Shown one piece after another: positions 13,314 to 25,601 of a stretch of 64,000 bases of DNA; positions within the stretch are counted from its first letter, which is position 1, and every line of letters starts with the position of its first letter. The notes below the pieces were generated by a model. That model saw only the letters and a program-made list of their open reading frames with translations. It searched no databases and was not told where the DNA came from. The translations under genes and the position numbers were made by a program. Source of the DNA: Marsupella aquatica (taxonomy: Eukaryota; Plantae; Marchantiophyta); NCBI GenBank assembly GCA_973895155.1, contig OZ316897.1, positions 2,297,312-2,361,311 on the forward strand, read 5' to 3'.

Positions 13314-13777
13314 GGAATGGTGCCTCACCTATGATCCGCCTCTGCGTGTTGGCCATTTTGGACGAGCCATGACTTCTACCCCAATAGAAAATAACACAAT
13401 ATGGCCAGAGTCAGTGACGTAGTGAAGCATGCAAGGAATGAGAAACTAAAACTATGAATTAATACCAAAGATTTGAGAAACTATAATTTCAAGCTGTAAA
13501 TTCAAGACGGGTTGTGTGCGTGGAGGAAATTTTAAGTTTAGGACTCTGAGATTGGACACAAGCAATTACTGAACGATTTTTGCCATTAAAGGTGGGCAAT
13601 TGTTGGGCTAGCATTTTCACACATTAATTTTTATAAAATTTGGGGGCCACAAAAATAGGGGGAACCAGCAGAAGAATTCAAAAGTCCACAGCAGGACATT
13701 GCTCAGCACAGCAAGAAGGCCAGTAGAATACAATTGACACCCCATACATAAAATCCAATCAAATAACCCAAATCCAG

Positions 13778-14710
13778 TCTACACTTCCATAGTGGAATCC
13801 TGGCTCGACCCTGGCCCCGACCTGAGATTGCTATAGTGATGGGCATGCATAAGAGAGGGAGAGATTTCTGTACATACTTGAGGATGGGCAGCACAAACGC
13901 TCGACCCTGAGACCACCAGTGAAGACAAAGCAATGACAATGTAGAGGGCTCTGAGTGATTACAGACCTCAGGAGTTGACAAAACCCTGGAATGATTTCTT
14001 TGTGCCTAGCTTGGCAAAAGAGAAAGCTCTCGAACGGGTGGAAAAATGATCTGCAAGTGCCACAGACAAAGTGTGGCTCATCAGTTCTGTGGCTCATCAG
14101 TTGTCCGTGGAGGAGTACATTATAGAGTATCACATTTGACTAATGTCCTGTACATTGAATACATACAATGGCAAAGTAGTCAATGGAAGAGTGACCTGCT
14201 CCCTTTGCGTTCTTCTTGTTGCCGAAACATGAATGTAGAGGTAGAATTGCAGCAGGGAAATTTGAAGTTTAGGGCTATGACATCCATGCTTTGTGCAACC
14301 TCTAATCCAAAAGCCTCCAAAGACACAAGTGAAGCATATAGGCGCGTGTAATAACTTCTAATTAATTTAGTCATTGACAGTACAAGAGTATACTCTAAAG
14401 TCTGTGATTCTGAAAGTACAAGCATTGCAGGCGCGCAGGTCTGAAAAGTTGTTGCAAGACACAAATAAGCACTAAGCGACTAAGGACAGGACCGTTGAGT
14501 TGAAATCGCAGCTCAGCAAAGGCAAAGAAAAACCCCCCCGCACCCCCTCTTAGTTCTGCACAACACTTCTGCACACTAGAATACTAGTGTATAAGATCCC
14601 ATCTACATTTCCATAGTGAAATCCAAGTTCGACGCCGACCCCGACCTGAGATTGCTATAGTGATTGGCGTGCATAAGAGAGGGCGAGATGATGACACGTA
14701 TTTGAGGATC
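13778..14710. repeat. About 110-bp diverged direct repeat in the CACTA 5' region (about 13778-13885 and about 14602-14710)
   Basis: tctaca(c/t)ttccatagtg...cccgacctgagattgctatagtgat(g/t)ggc(a/g)tgcataagagaggg occurs twice. Confidence 0.85.
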
Positions 14711-16018
14711 GCAAGAGACAGAAATCTGCAACAGAGAGCGGACACGATGGAAGAGCGAGACACGATGGAAGAGCGAGACCGAGAGAGAGGGCGAGAGAGA
14801 GTGAGGTGAGAATTCAGCAAGAGAGGTCTCGAATAGGGACGACCTTCTATATATGAACCATAGTTTTTGCTATCATTAATTTTCCAGAGTTAAGATGAAC
14901 AAACAGAGCACAATGAAGCACCACAGTGCGTCGCACGGGACCTCTCACCTCTGCCTGAACACCAGCCGCACCCAACACCGCACCAGAGATCAGCGCTTCA
15001 AAACAAGTTGACACCCTAAACCCCGCACTTCCAATGTCGCCCGCTCCAATGTTGCAGCGCATTTTTGTTCTAGCTCGTTCTCCTCTTCACCAAAGAACAA
15101 CCCAACAAGCAAATGGCGGAAGATGGACGCCCGCACCTTCAACTTTGCGTTTGACCCGCCAAGTCTTCCCGCAATGCCCCTACAATGCCTTCGTGAAGCA
15201 ATGCCTTCGGGAAGCAATGCCTTCGGGGAGCACTTGCAGACGCACCTAGCACCTGATTGAATGTGGTCACGTTGCGCTTCAAGTGTGGCCCTAAACCCTT
15301 CCTCCTCCCTTCAATCACAGAGAGCGGGAAGAACGCCCAATAGGGTGCAAACTAAGAATCCCATGTAGGGATGATTTTTCCCTCCTCGATCAATCGATCG
15401 TAGACTGCCCTTGCCCAGTTGCCTTGTTTGCTCCTCCTCCTTGATCAATTCAGTATCGACTGCCCGAGCCTCGTTGCCTCATTCGCACCCTAAACCGTCC
15501 CCTCCCTAAACCCTCTTTGCGGACAAAGAAACATTTTCTCCCGCGCACAAGGGTGGAGAGTACTAAGGTACTCAGCCAGTGACATGTAGGGGGCTCATGT
15601 AAGGGGCTCATGTAAGGGGTACCTCTACTAATTGAAGCTTGCAATTGGTGAGGAGCACTCACTCACACAAGTACTTAGCACTAAGACGTTGAGCTTGGAT
15701 AGTGGACCTGCAATTTTCCTTACATTCAATGGCATGTTGTAATAATTGAATGTCAAATTAAGTGGTATCCCCCATCCAACTTCAAAGGTGCATGGACAAC
15801 CTTGTCCTAGACAATTAACCTTGAACCTTGAACATGCAATGAGTGATTGAAAAGAGTAGGTAAAGTCCCTATGGCTAAGGAGTCGCAACAAATGAGTGGA
15901 TAGTTTGTAGAAGTGATACTTAAGACATATGTAGTGATAACACCCTAAACTTCCATAACCTTGTCACATTAGTCAATAGTGGTATGGTCAAAAATAGGGT
16001 GTATTTCTACTAGTGACA

Positions 16019-16330
16019 TAGAGCTAAGTGTGCCCTGGCAATCCATTGTTAGACTAACTCCAGAATCATTTTTCATAACCAAAGCCTCATTATATATTTT
16101 CACATGTAGACTGAACCTTTTACCACTAAAGGTTCTCTCCCGTGCTCACAAGTTTGAAGAACCCTCTCATATGGAGGACAAGGAACATCAGCTGGAAAAC
16201 CATTTTCTTTGGAGGATGCCTTGCCCCCATTGGGAGCCTACAACTGGAACCATTCAACATTGCAAAGTTGTGTGACACTTCCAACCAGTCCACAATCTTA
16301 CACATGTGATTGCGGTAAGCTTTCAATTAT
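16019..16330 (-). pseudogene. Decayed ORF of probable TE origin (possible Myb/SANT-like accessory protein), cut by the CACTA insertion
   Basis: IVDWLEVSHNFAMLNG..KKMVFQLM..RFSLHVKIYNEALVMKNDSGVSLT across a frameshift. Same strand as, and upstream of, the DUF3504 relic once the CACTA is removed. Confidence 0.35.
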
Positions 16331-16616
16331 CACCTTAACAAACCTGTTGATTTTGAGAGGCCACCATGGCTCACCCAATTTGTGTTGCCTGCAAATCTTA
16401 CACTACTAGAGTGGAGATATCCAACAAATTCTGATGATGGACATCTGCCCACATTGAATGAGCCATCCTTTGCTCTTTCTACTCTTGCAATTAGCCATGG
16501 AAAAAAATGGAGGCAACAGAGTCTTGAGAGAGGGAAGCTTTAAATTTGAAATATGGAGCATTCAATGAACCAGACAACTTTCTGAACACTAAAGTTGGCG
16601 CACTAAAAATGAACGA

Positions 16617-16670
16617 GGGTTCAAACCTGAGTGGGCTTCCTTAATCATATATAGCTACACCGATAAGCTA
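16617..16670 (-). promoter_or_regulatory. tRNA-type Pol III A/B-box pair (possible SINE head)
   Basis: Minus strand TAGCTTATCGG (A-box-like) and GGTTTGAACCC (B-box-like, C>T) are 32 nt apart. No cloverleaf could be built. Confidence 0.35.
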
Positions 16671-16949
16671 CAAGCCCTCTCAAAGTTCCCCCACAGATTC
16701 TGCATGACCAAAGGCAGGTCCTGGCCATATTTTTGGCATGGTTTTTGGCGGTCACCAGCTCAGACCACTGTCTAGATGCTGTTAGTTTGCGATGCCCTAA
16801 CAAAACCCTAAACCCTAACAGGGCTTATATCCTAAACCCTAAGAGGATGTCTCAAAGTTTTAAATTTGATGGACCTTGACCTATCAATTAAAGTTAAGGA
16901 CAAAAATAGTTATGAAGTGCAAAATTTATGATCTGGGACATCATCAAAC

Positions 16950-19900
16950 AGTATAATACACAATGCCACCAAAAATCATTGAATGTCATGTTCTGTTTAT
17001 GAAAAGGGCATGTCTTGGCAGTGGGGTCCTGAGTGGGGTACCACACTGGTGTGGGGTACATCAATGGAGGGCAAAGACATATTTAAAGGTACAAAATCAA
17101 AGGTAGGGGAAAGAAAAATACATCCTGGATACAAAGGCACCTACATTACAAAGCAAAGGAATGGGAAGAGAAAAGAAAATAAAAAGATCCCAAGTGATTG
17201 TTCACCTGAAAGATACAATAGGGCTGGTTGCAAGCCTTATAAGATATAACTAGTTGTTTTGTGGGTTCAAATCTCCTATAGGATGAAGTTGCATATTGTG
17301 TCACACAACATGTAGGGTCTTTGTGGGATGGATCAAATAGTGACTCAGGTGCGACAATTCATCAATGATTCTTCTCCTAGATTGGACATCTTCTGTGGGC
17401 AAGAACATCATCTAAGGGTGGGGAGATTTTAGCAACTGGTGTACCAACTATGGAAGGATGTGGAATTTTTCTACTGTCTAGCACAGGATGGGGAATTTAC
17501 AAGCAACATCAAACAGGAAATAATTACTGTTACAAGTAAAACCAGGAAGTAAAATCCAAGGAAAAAAAACCCAAATTAACGCACTTATTTTGTGTAGGTC
17601 CATTGACTTAATATCTCAAAGGGGAAGTAAGAAACAAATTCCATTATGAAATTGGTGTCCAGACATAGAGTCTGGCACTAATCTAAATGATATTTAGATG
17701 ACAAACCCCGTCCCCTTGGGCCTGGATTTACATAAGCCAATAAACAAAATTCAACAGTCTCGACCACAAACTGGGGCCAAAAACAATGCAAATTCCTGAG
17801 AACTGGAAACAAACTCGACCAACGAGCATTCATTTGTTGCCCAACGCCATCCTATTCTTTCTTCTTCTTTGTTCATGCTCTGACAAAAATGATGACCAAA
17901 ATCAGACCGCAAACAACTGGATCAGGTCCCATTTCATGAAAACATGCACGCAAGGCAACATAAGACTGATGAACATATGGTAAATCCAAGTTTACTTCAA
18001 AATTGGATCAAATGCGCTTGGCTCCGTTCCTCAAAATGCCATTATATAAACCCACAAAGAATCGGGCATCAAGTTCCACAGACACAAGTAGCGCGCGATT
18101 GGTGCTAGTTTAATGTCATCACTGATCTTCCCTAAGAATGTTGTTAAAAAGCTAGCGGTTAAATGTGTTGAGTATTGCTCTTAGTCTTGTGACTCTAGAG
18201 CTAACCATAGTTAGGCTAACTCAGGTTAGGACTTAGCTTAGGTTAGCAGTGATGCATGTTGTATATAACCAGGGCTGATGCCAGCCCCTGGTGGATCTTT
18301 AGTTCATTGTTGGAGTGGAGCAAGAGAGAAGTAAAGGTCTCTTGCTTTCCCGTGGACGTAGCCTCAGTCGTGAGGTGAACCACGTACTCACTGCGTCAAC
18401 TACTTTGTATGGTGTTCACATGTGCACGCATGGTGTCTCGGGATATGGATTATCCCCAACAAAATGATGCTAGTAAGGACTAAACATCCTCTGAGTGTCC
18501 TAGCTTTGCGAGTTGCATTCAACTTCAATGATGGAGCGTGATTTTGGTCCAAGGCCACACATAGACTTTCTAAATTCCAATATAGGAGGAGACCAATATA
18601 TCCAAAACCCCCAAGGCCACACTCACATAGACTTTCTAAATATTTTTCTTGGCAGGGGAATGATTTTTATCTTTTTAGTTATCTTTCTTAAGAGGGAGGC
18701 TATTCCTTTTTGGCTTTGTTTTATTGAGGGTAGTTTTTGTGGCTTCTCTCTGATCTCCTCTTTTTTCCCCGCTTTTTTCAACATATTTTCTGCCCAAAGT
18801 CCTTAATGTTTGACACAATTTTTTGCATGACATGTTTTTTGCTTGACATCTTACACATCCTATAACATTCTTTCTTTATCCTTTCCACACTGGAGACATT
18901 CTCTACTTGGCATCAAGTATTGTAATATGTGATCCTGCCAATTCTGGGCTGGGGAATCGTCTGCTTACAAACTCAAAACAAATGGAACACAATCCTGATT
19001 GTCCGCTAAAATCATATTTTATTTCCAACGTTAGATCAAGCTAATAAGGACCTGCTTGCATCCTTTCATGTCCTGTCAAACATGAAACAATTTCCAGCCT
19101 ATTAAAAATTCTGACCCATTAATCTAGTCATTATTTTCCCAATATATGCCACATATCTTGCCACAAGTGTTCAATTCTCCCTTACTACCCTTTGCACCAT
19201 GCACCCTCTACCTTTGGATTGACTTCTACAAAATTCAATAACCCATATTTCACACAATGTCAACATTTTTGGACATATAATGTTTTTGGACATGACAATT
19301 TTCAAGTACTATAATATGGAATCTTTCACACAAACACATCATTTACGCAATATGTTTTTTCGACAATGACATCATTTACACAAAATGACATTTTTTTGAC
19401 ATGGACATCTTTTATATATGCCACAATATATATTGGGTAATGCATGGGTATTGAATACAACCACAAGGACTATATGGTCAGGGTGACACATAACATGCCT
19501 CAACAATTAACTTGCAAAACTTTCTTGCCTTGCCTTGCCTTCACATCTTTGTCTTGCCTTCAATTGGCATATTTTTCTCACCAGTACCTCTTTTCTCACC
19601 TCAATGTGTTTTCCTCAATCATCTCTATAATTTTTTCTCACCTCAATATCTTTTGTGCAACGCACAAGTATCGGGCGGAATGGCTTGGAATATCGTCGGG
19701 GTGACACATAACATGCCTCAACAATTATCTCATGAAGCCTATATTTTCTCGCCTTGCCTCCACATTAGTTTTGCGTTCTGGTTAGCACATTTTTTTCACC
19801 TTGATATATTTTTCTCACTATCCTCTACCTTTTTTCAAACCTCAATATCATTTTTCTCACTTTGACATATTTTTCTGTCCTTGATATCTTTTCCCACATC

Positions 19901-20160
19901 GACTTCTTTTCTTGTCCTTCACATATTTTCTTCACCTCAACATTTTTTTCTCAGGTTTACATCTTTGTCTCACCTTGCCATGTTTTCTTTCCTCGACATC
20001 TTTTCTGACCTGAACTTCTTTTCCTCATGTCGACACCTTTTCTCTCAGTGACACCTTTTCTCACTTCTACATTTTTCTCTCCTCAACATCTTCTCCTCAC
20101 CTTGACATTTTACTCTCGTCAACATCCTTTTCTCATCTCTACATTTTTTATATGCAATGC
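16950..20160. repeat. Old dispersed repeat (probable Helitron-family relic), paralogous to 48146-49535 and partly to 56270-57300
   Basis: Blocks shared with 48-49.5 kb: tataatacacaatgc, ggggtaccacac, caaggccacac, ttctacttggcatca(a/g)gta, aatggaacacaatcctgat, cttgccacaagtgtt. The degenerate 19-bp array ttttctcacctcaacatc at 19560-20150 resembles the reverse complement of the 56.3-56.8 kb array. Confidence 0.7.
18166..18461 (+). mobile_element. Solo LTR (Copia-type), 296 bp
   Basis: TGTTG...CAACA ends. 5-bp TSD AAATG at 18161-18165 and 18462-18466. TATATAA box at about 18262. Copia-LTR hairpin motif ccgtggacgtag...gaaccacgta. Confidence 0.92.
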
Positions 20161-20208
20161 AGGGGCATTGGGCTAATTTTGCCATAAAGATTGATCATAT
20201 ATATGCCA

Positions 20209-20540
20209 CGAGCCCTATGCCCATGCGTTGCACGGGACAATGAGGGCCGGCCCATATATACAGTTGGGCTGGTGGGCGAGACTCAGGGGCAAGCGCATCG
20301 GGACCGAGGGGAGGGCAAGGCTTCGCGAGCATTGATACCCGTATACGTGTATCGCGAGGGGGGTCCATAATGAAGGCATGGGCATGGGAAGCCTTGCCAG
20401 AGAGGACAAGTGCTAATCGAACCGATATGAAAATACTCTAAAATATCTAATGACCAGTTTTGATTCCCGCAAATTCTGGATTTCATAAATGGACTAAGGA
20501 CTAAAAAAGAGGGGTTCCTTATTATAGTTATAATTGTAGA
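20209..20540 (-). mobile_element. Non-autonomous Helitron, 332 bp
   Basis: The minus strand starts TCTACAATTATAACTATAATAAG and ends with hairpin CCCGTGCAACGCATGGG plus CTCG (CTAG variant). Inserted between A and T. A paralogous empty site lies at 20587-20634. Confidence 0.85.
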
Positions 20541-20634
20541 TGACCATAAGTAAGAGGCTGGTGTGGTGAAAGGAAAACAAAAAATCTTGGGCTAATTTTG
20601 CAATAAAGAAGATCATATGTCATGACCATAAGTA

Positions 20635-23600
20635 GGTCTTAGGTCTTTGAGCTCCTGGCTATGGAGTTCAGACTGTAGCACAGTTTTCGTGCCACTTTGA
20701 CTACCCTCCCGCACTCAGTTTTTCTCGGATCCAGTTTTCTCAGTTGCATTAGCTTGCTCTTGCCGAGACGCATCAAATCGATATAAAACACGTCCAAAAC
20801 GGTGCCATATCGACATACTTATGGTCACATTCATTTTTGCCATTTTTCAGTCATTTTTCTGCGATTTTTGTCTTCCTTTCGACGGTCATATCTTGGTCAA
20901 TCTTTCACGGATTTCAGATTTCTCAAGTGCTTTGTATAGCTCTTCTCCGGGAGAATCAGATTGATCCCAAGAGCGGTCCAATTGGTCTCCTATTGCCCAG
21001 ATTGGACTTTGATTAGCTCTCACGTTTTTTCTTCAATTTCCACCATTCTCACTTTCAATTAGCTTTGGGGACCTGTAGCAGTTCCTCGTTCACGGAATCC
21101 GACATTCTCATGTGATTTGGCCAGCTCTTGTTTGGGAGTGCAACATCTATCCCTACCGCGGTCCTTTTGGTGACATATCAACCACTTTCGGCTCTGATTA
21201 CGATTCTGATTTACTCCATTTTTGGTGACGGTTTCCCTTGATCAGCTTTGGAGCATTCCTGTATTGCCACGTTTCTCCTCCGATTGGTGGTTGCCTTTCT
21301 TCTTCAGTTCTGACAAGGTGGCTTTTGCCAAGTTTAGTGGACCAGTTTGCATTCCACCATCTTCGGGAGCTGTAGTGCCAGCACGCTCAAATCAGCGGAG
21401 AGATATTCACTCGCACCGACTCCTCAACGGACACATCGACGAGTGCTCCAGCTTTGTTCCCGGCTGTGCCTGCACGTGCTCAACGGTTTTCTAGGCTAGC
21501 GGTGGCGCCATTTCTCGGATTTTGACGCAGTGGGCTCTCTCCACAGCCTTCCCTTTCTTTTCACATGTCTTGGTTGGGCCTTTTGTTGCTTCTTGATGCG
21601 CTTTTGCTTTTATCGGGTTGCGCCCTGTCATGTCTACGTTGAGAGTGTTGGCGCGGGGCAAGTGCCCAGCCCCCCCACACAGTTCTCCCCCCTCCTCCCC
21701 CCCACCTCGTGGTTGCCTTCGTGTTTGCTCTTCTTCATTGGATCTCTCTCATCTTCGTGATGACCCCATGCCCGATGCTCTGCCAGTCCCCCCAGTCTAC
21801 TGCCCACCCCATCGACACCCTAGCTCCTCTCCCCACCCCATACCCCCTCCACCCCTCCAGCATCCCCCTCCGGCCTCTTCATCCATGTCGGTTCCCCCCC
21901 ACCTCCTGTCCAGTCGTTCCTTGCTCCCTCCCTAGACGAGCACTCGGGGGGGTCACTATATGGAGGGTCATACATCGCGTGCGACGTTTTAGGGTTTGAC
22001 CCCCCTAACTTTAAAGTGAAAAATATTTTTTTGCAAAGCCCTTTCTTTCTTAAAATTTTGTCATTTTTTATTAAAAAACCCCTAAAAACTTTATAGAAAG
22101 TATTTTTTGCAATTAAATAGGCCTATGTGTTCTTTAAAGTCGACCAATCAATAAAACATGCCCTATGTGTTCTTCCACCAAACTTTGGAAGTCTTCCGCC
22201 ACACCCATTTAAATGGGCCTATACTTCGTCGCACGTGATGTGTCACTTCCGTGGAAGTGACCCCCCCGAGGACGAGCATCCCCTGCATACTTGTCCTGAG
22301 TGTGGCTGGGTTGGCCTCTCCCTTCCTCATCACCGCGGGCGGGGCCGGTGCCAAAGTCGCCAGCAAACACAATCCCAGCCCTCGCCCCCTCTTGACCCAG
22401 TTAGCTCTGCCCCTCCTTCCTTGGAGGCTTCCGAGCAGGCATGGAGTTGGGTTCGCTCTCTAGACCCCTTCCAGCCTACCATCCAGGGTACATTAGACCT
22501 CGCCTTTATAACCACATCCCACTAGCGTTGCGCCCATTAGTTCGGTCATCCTTGTTGCAACTCATGCAACTTATCTTGGCGCATCCTATCGAGGTCTCCT
22601 ATTGGTCTTTACTCATGCTTTTTCCATAGTGGACTCTTACCCTTCCTAGTCACGGTGGTCGCGTGGGTCACTGTGAGATTGCCTCTTGTATCTATCGTTT
22701 TCTGCGGGGAGATTGGGAACAGCTTCAGGAAGAGTACTTTCTTCAAGCCCGTTCCTTTACTACCCGTGCTTTGTCTGACCCAGCTCGCCACTCTCATCCT
22801 CCAGAGCATAGACGCCTTCGTCGCTCTTGTCGTTTAGCCCAGGCTGGTGAATATCGTCGTGCGGTCCAGGCCCTTTCTCCCACCACACCAGCCCCCCCTG
22901 GCGAGGTCACCTTGACGGCCCTTCAGGATCTCCATCCGCAGCCCTATGATCAGCTCCCTTTGTTCATGGAGGATTTTGAGCCTGAGGAGGATCTTCAGTT
23001 TAGTAGGGACCACTTCACCTATGCTTTCCTCCATGCTCCGCGTTGCACGGCTGGTGGCCCCTCTAGCTATGTCTTTGAGCATTTTCGTGATTTATTCCCC
23101 CCTGAGGATCCTCAGTCTGGTTTTCCAGTTTTCTTCTCCTTTTGCCAGTGTATTGTTGCCGGCCGTTTGCCTCCTCCAGTCTCTCGGATTTTGAGTTCTT
23201 CTAGTTTATTGGCCATGGCTAAGTCTTCACCGGGTGTTCGGCCCATAGCTATTGGAGAGGTTTTTCTTCGTCTGGTGTCTCGCACACTTTCATCGCAGTA
23301 TCGCTCTGCACTATCGGATCATCTCTCTCCACATCAGTTTGTAGTAGGCGTTCCTAGCGGTTGTGAGACAGTTATTGCGGGTATTCGTACTACCTTGGAC
23401 CTCCACCCTGATTGGGTTGTCCTCCAGGTTGATGTCTCCAATGCTTTCAATACGGTTTCTCGGGCAACAATTTTTTGTGCTTTGAGGGCAGCGGATCCAG
23501 ACATCCAGTCCCTTATCCCCTTTGTTTTTATGGGTTCGAGGCCCCCCTCTTCTATAGTCATCACACCTCTACAGGAGTGTATACCACTCTTTCTTCTGTA

Positions 23601-25601
23601 GAAGGTACACGTCAGGGTGACCCTTTGGGTGGGCCTCTTTTTGCCATTGCCCATTTTATTGCTTTACGGGAAGCCTCCGCGGCCCACCCCCAGTGTATCT
23701 TCCCCTCCCTTTCAGATGACACCCACATCATTGGTCCACCTCTTGCTGTTACTTCTGCCCTCGCCACCCTTTCCATCCATTTGTTGGGCCTCGGTTTACG
23801 GGTTCAGCTGGTGAAGAGTCGTGCATGGAGTCCAGTTGGGTTACCCTCTGATCTTGCGCTTCCCCCTGGGTTCTTACGTCCAGCCGACGGTCTTCGGGTC
23901 CTTGGCTCCCCAGTCGGTACCGCCTCCTTTTGCTCATCTTTCATTGCTGACGCTCTCCAGGCTGCCTTAGCCCCTACTCCTATGCTCCCTAAGTTAGCAG
24001 ACTCTCATGCAGTTTTTGGGTTGTTGTTGAGATGCATCCACCCTCGTGTGTCCTATTTGGCTCGGACACATCCCCCTACCGAGGATCTTTATCTACACCT
24101 CCGAGCGTTTGATGTCTCCATTCATGAGACTTTGGCCTCTCTTTTAGGGCCAGGTACGTTGCTCTCATCTCCGTGGCTTCATCGACAGCTCAATCTTCCT
24201 ATTTCTCATGGTGGTTTTGGGCTTACTTCCACTGAGCGCCTTGCACCTTGCACCTTTGGCCTTCTTGGGCGCGTGGGCGACCGCCTTCTCATTGTTGGCA
24301 GATCATTTCCTTACTGAGGATTGACCTTTTTTACTTTCGTCTCTCATGGAGGTTGAGGAGGGTTCCCTCCCATTTCAGGTTCATTTGCGCACGGCGCGGT
24401 CATCATTACCCGATCCTGTTCGAGCTGCGTTACCTTCATTCCAGGATTTTTTATCCTTGGACCCCGTCCTTCTTCAGGCAGACCTTGTTGGGCGTATGCA
24501 CGCTTTCACCCTCTCCAGCATCCTCACCGAGGCACCTGACACGGACCGAGCTCGGATTCTTTCTTCCAGAGGGAAGGGCGCAGGAGGCTGGCTTCAGGCC
24601 AATCCAGTCATTCCTCACCTGCGGATGTCTTCAGCGGAGTTTGCGACAGCCATGCGTCTTTGTATGGGCTTGCCCCACCCACTTCTTGCTGCTTTACCTC
24701 CTACTTGCACTTGTGGGAAGCCTTGTGATGCCACAGGTGTCCATCTTCTTCGATGCAGTTTGGGCAGCGAAACCATTTTTGTTCACGACGCTGTGAAAGA
24801 TGCGATTGCTCAGGTTCTCTCTGGCTCTTTGGTCTGCGCGCGGCGGGAGGTGGTGCTTGAGTTACCTGGTCCTCCATCACAGCGGTTACGGGTGGATCTT
24901 ACCATGGTCCGTGAAGGTCACCGTACTTTGGCAGATGTAGTGGTGGCAAACCCATTGCGCCAAGACATCATTGGGACAGCGGCAACAACGGCAGGGGCAG
25001 CAGCATCACGAGCAGCAACAACGAAGGAGGCCAAATATGCTGCACGAGCTTCATCTGATAGCTTCCTGCCCCTTGCTCTTGAGATATTTGGGGGTCTCCA
25101 TCATCAGTTCGACGGGCTTCTTCCAAGCTGCTCGGGATGTTCACGGCCGGATGGGTCCCACCGGGCCCCCGCTATCTGTTTTGATCATGCACTTTCGCCA
25201 ACGCATTTCAGTCACCTTACAACGTGCTCAAGCTCGGGCTGTCTATCGTCGATCTCTGACAGTGGGTGCTAGTGTGACTCCGCAGCGGCTAGTCCCCCTA
25301 GAGGACATTCCTGTCCCACTTGCCGATCTAGTTTCGACACTTGATGTAGACCACTAGCTTGTTGCCACATTTGCTAGGTATGATGAGGACCTCGGTCCAT
25401 TTGCGGTAGTTTTAGTTCCTCTTTCTTGGTTTTTAGGGGTTTCCTTTTGCTCACTTCTTTTAGTTCCTCTTTCTTGGTTTTTAGGGTTTCATTTTGCTCA
25501 CTTCTTTTGTGTTTGGTTTTGTCCACTTGGGATCTCTCTTGTTTATTCTTTTGTACTCTATTTGGTTTTTTTTGTAGAAAGTATGTGTATAAAAATAAGA
25601 A
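20635..25601 (+). mobile_element. Near full-length CRE-clade non-LTR retrotransposon, copy 2 (Zn finger, RT, CCHC, RLE), decayed
   Basis: N-terminal CPECG..LPHH..C finger, GEYRRAVQAL, LQDLHP, AGGPS, RT QGDPLG and SLSDD, CTCGKPCDATGVHLLRC knuckle, RLE motifs, ORF stop at 25357, A-rich tail. Candidate 23-bp TSD ggtgaaaggaaaaca(a/g)aaaatct at 20565-20587 and 25602-25624. The 5' boundary is inferred. Confidence 0.88.
21943..22270. mobile_element. 328-bp MITE with an 8-bp TSD, nested in the CRE ORF
   Basis: Perfect 15-bp TIR CTCGGGGGGGTCACT, imperfect to about 44 bp. TSD GACGAGCA at 21935-21942 and 22271-22278. Removing it restores ...APSLDEHPLHTCPECG. Confidence 0.93.

Larger units (their letters stand above)
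6212..16015 (-). mobile_element. Complete CACTA (En/Spm) DNA transposon, 9804 bp, coding regions decayed
   Basis: Left end CACTAGTAGAAATACCCCCTATGTTTGACCATA (6212) matches the reverse complement of the right end (ends 16015) over 33 bp with 2 mismatches. 3-bp TSD ACA at 6209-6211 and 16016-16018. Internal TnpD- and TnpA-like regions. Confidence 0.97.

Noticed and set aside
16795-16842. AAACCCT telomere-like repeats (also about 52521-52535)
   Set aside because: Only 2-3 imperfect units; these are common interstitial telo-box-like motifs and not a telomere relic.
20635-21200. Possible HDV-like ribozyme at the CRE 5' end
   Set aside because: A hairpin (gagctcc..ggagttc) is visible, but I could not assemble the nested double pseudoknot by eye. 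It needs a descriptor or covariance-model search.
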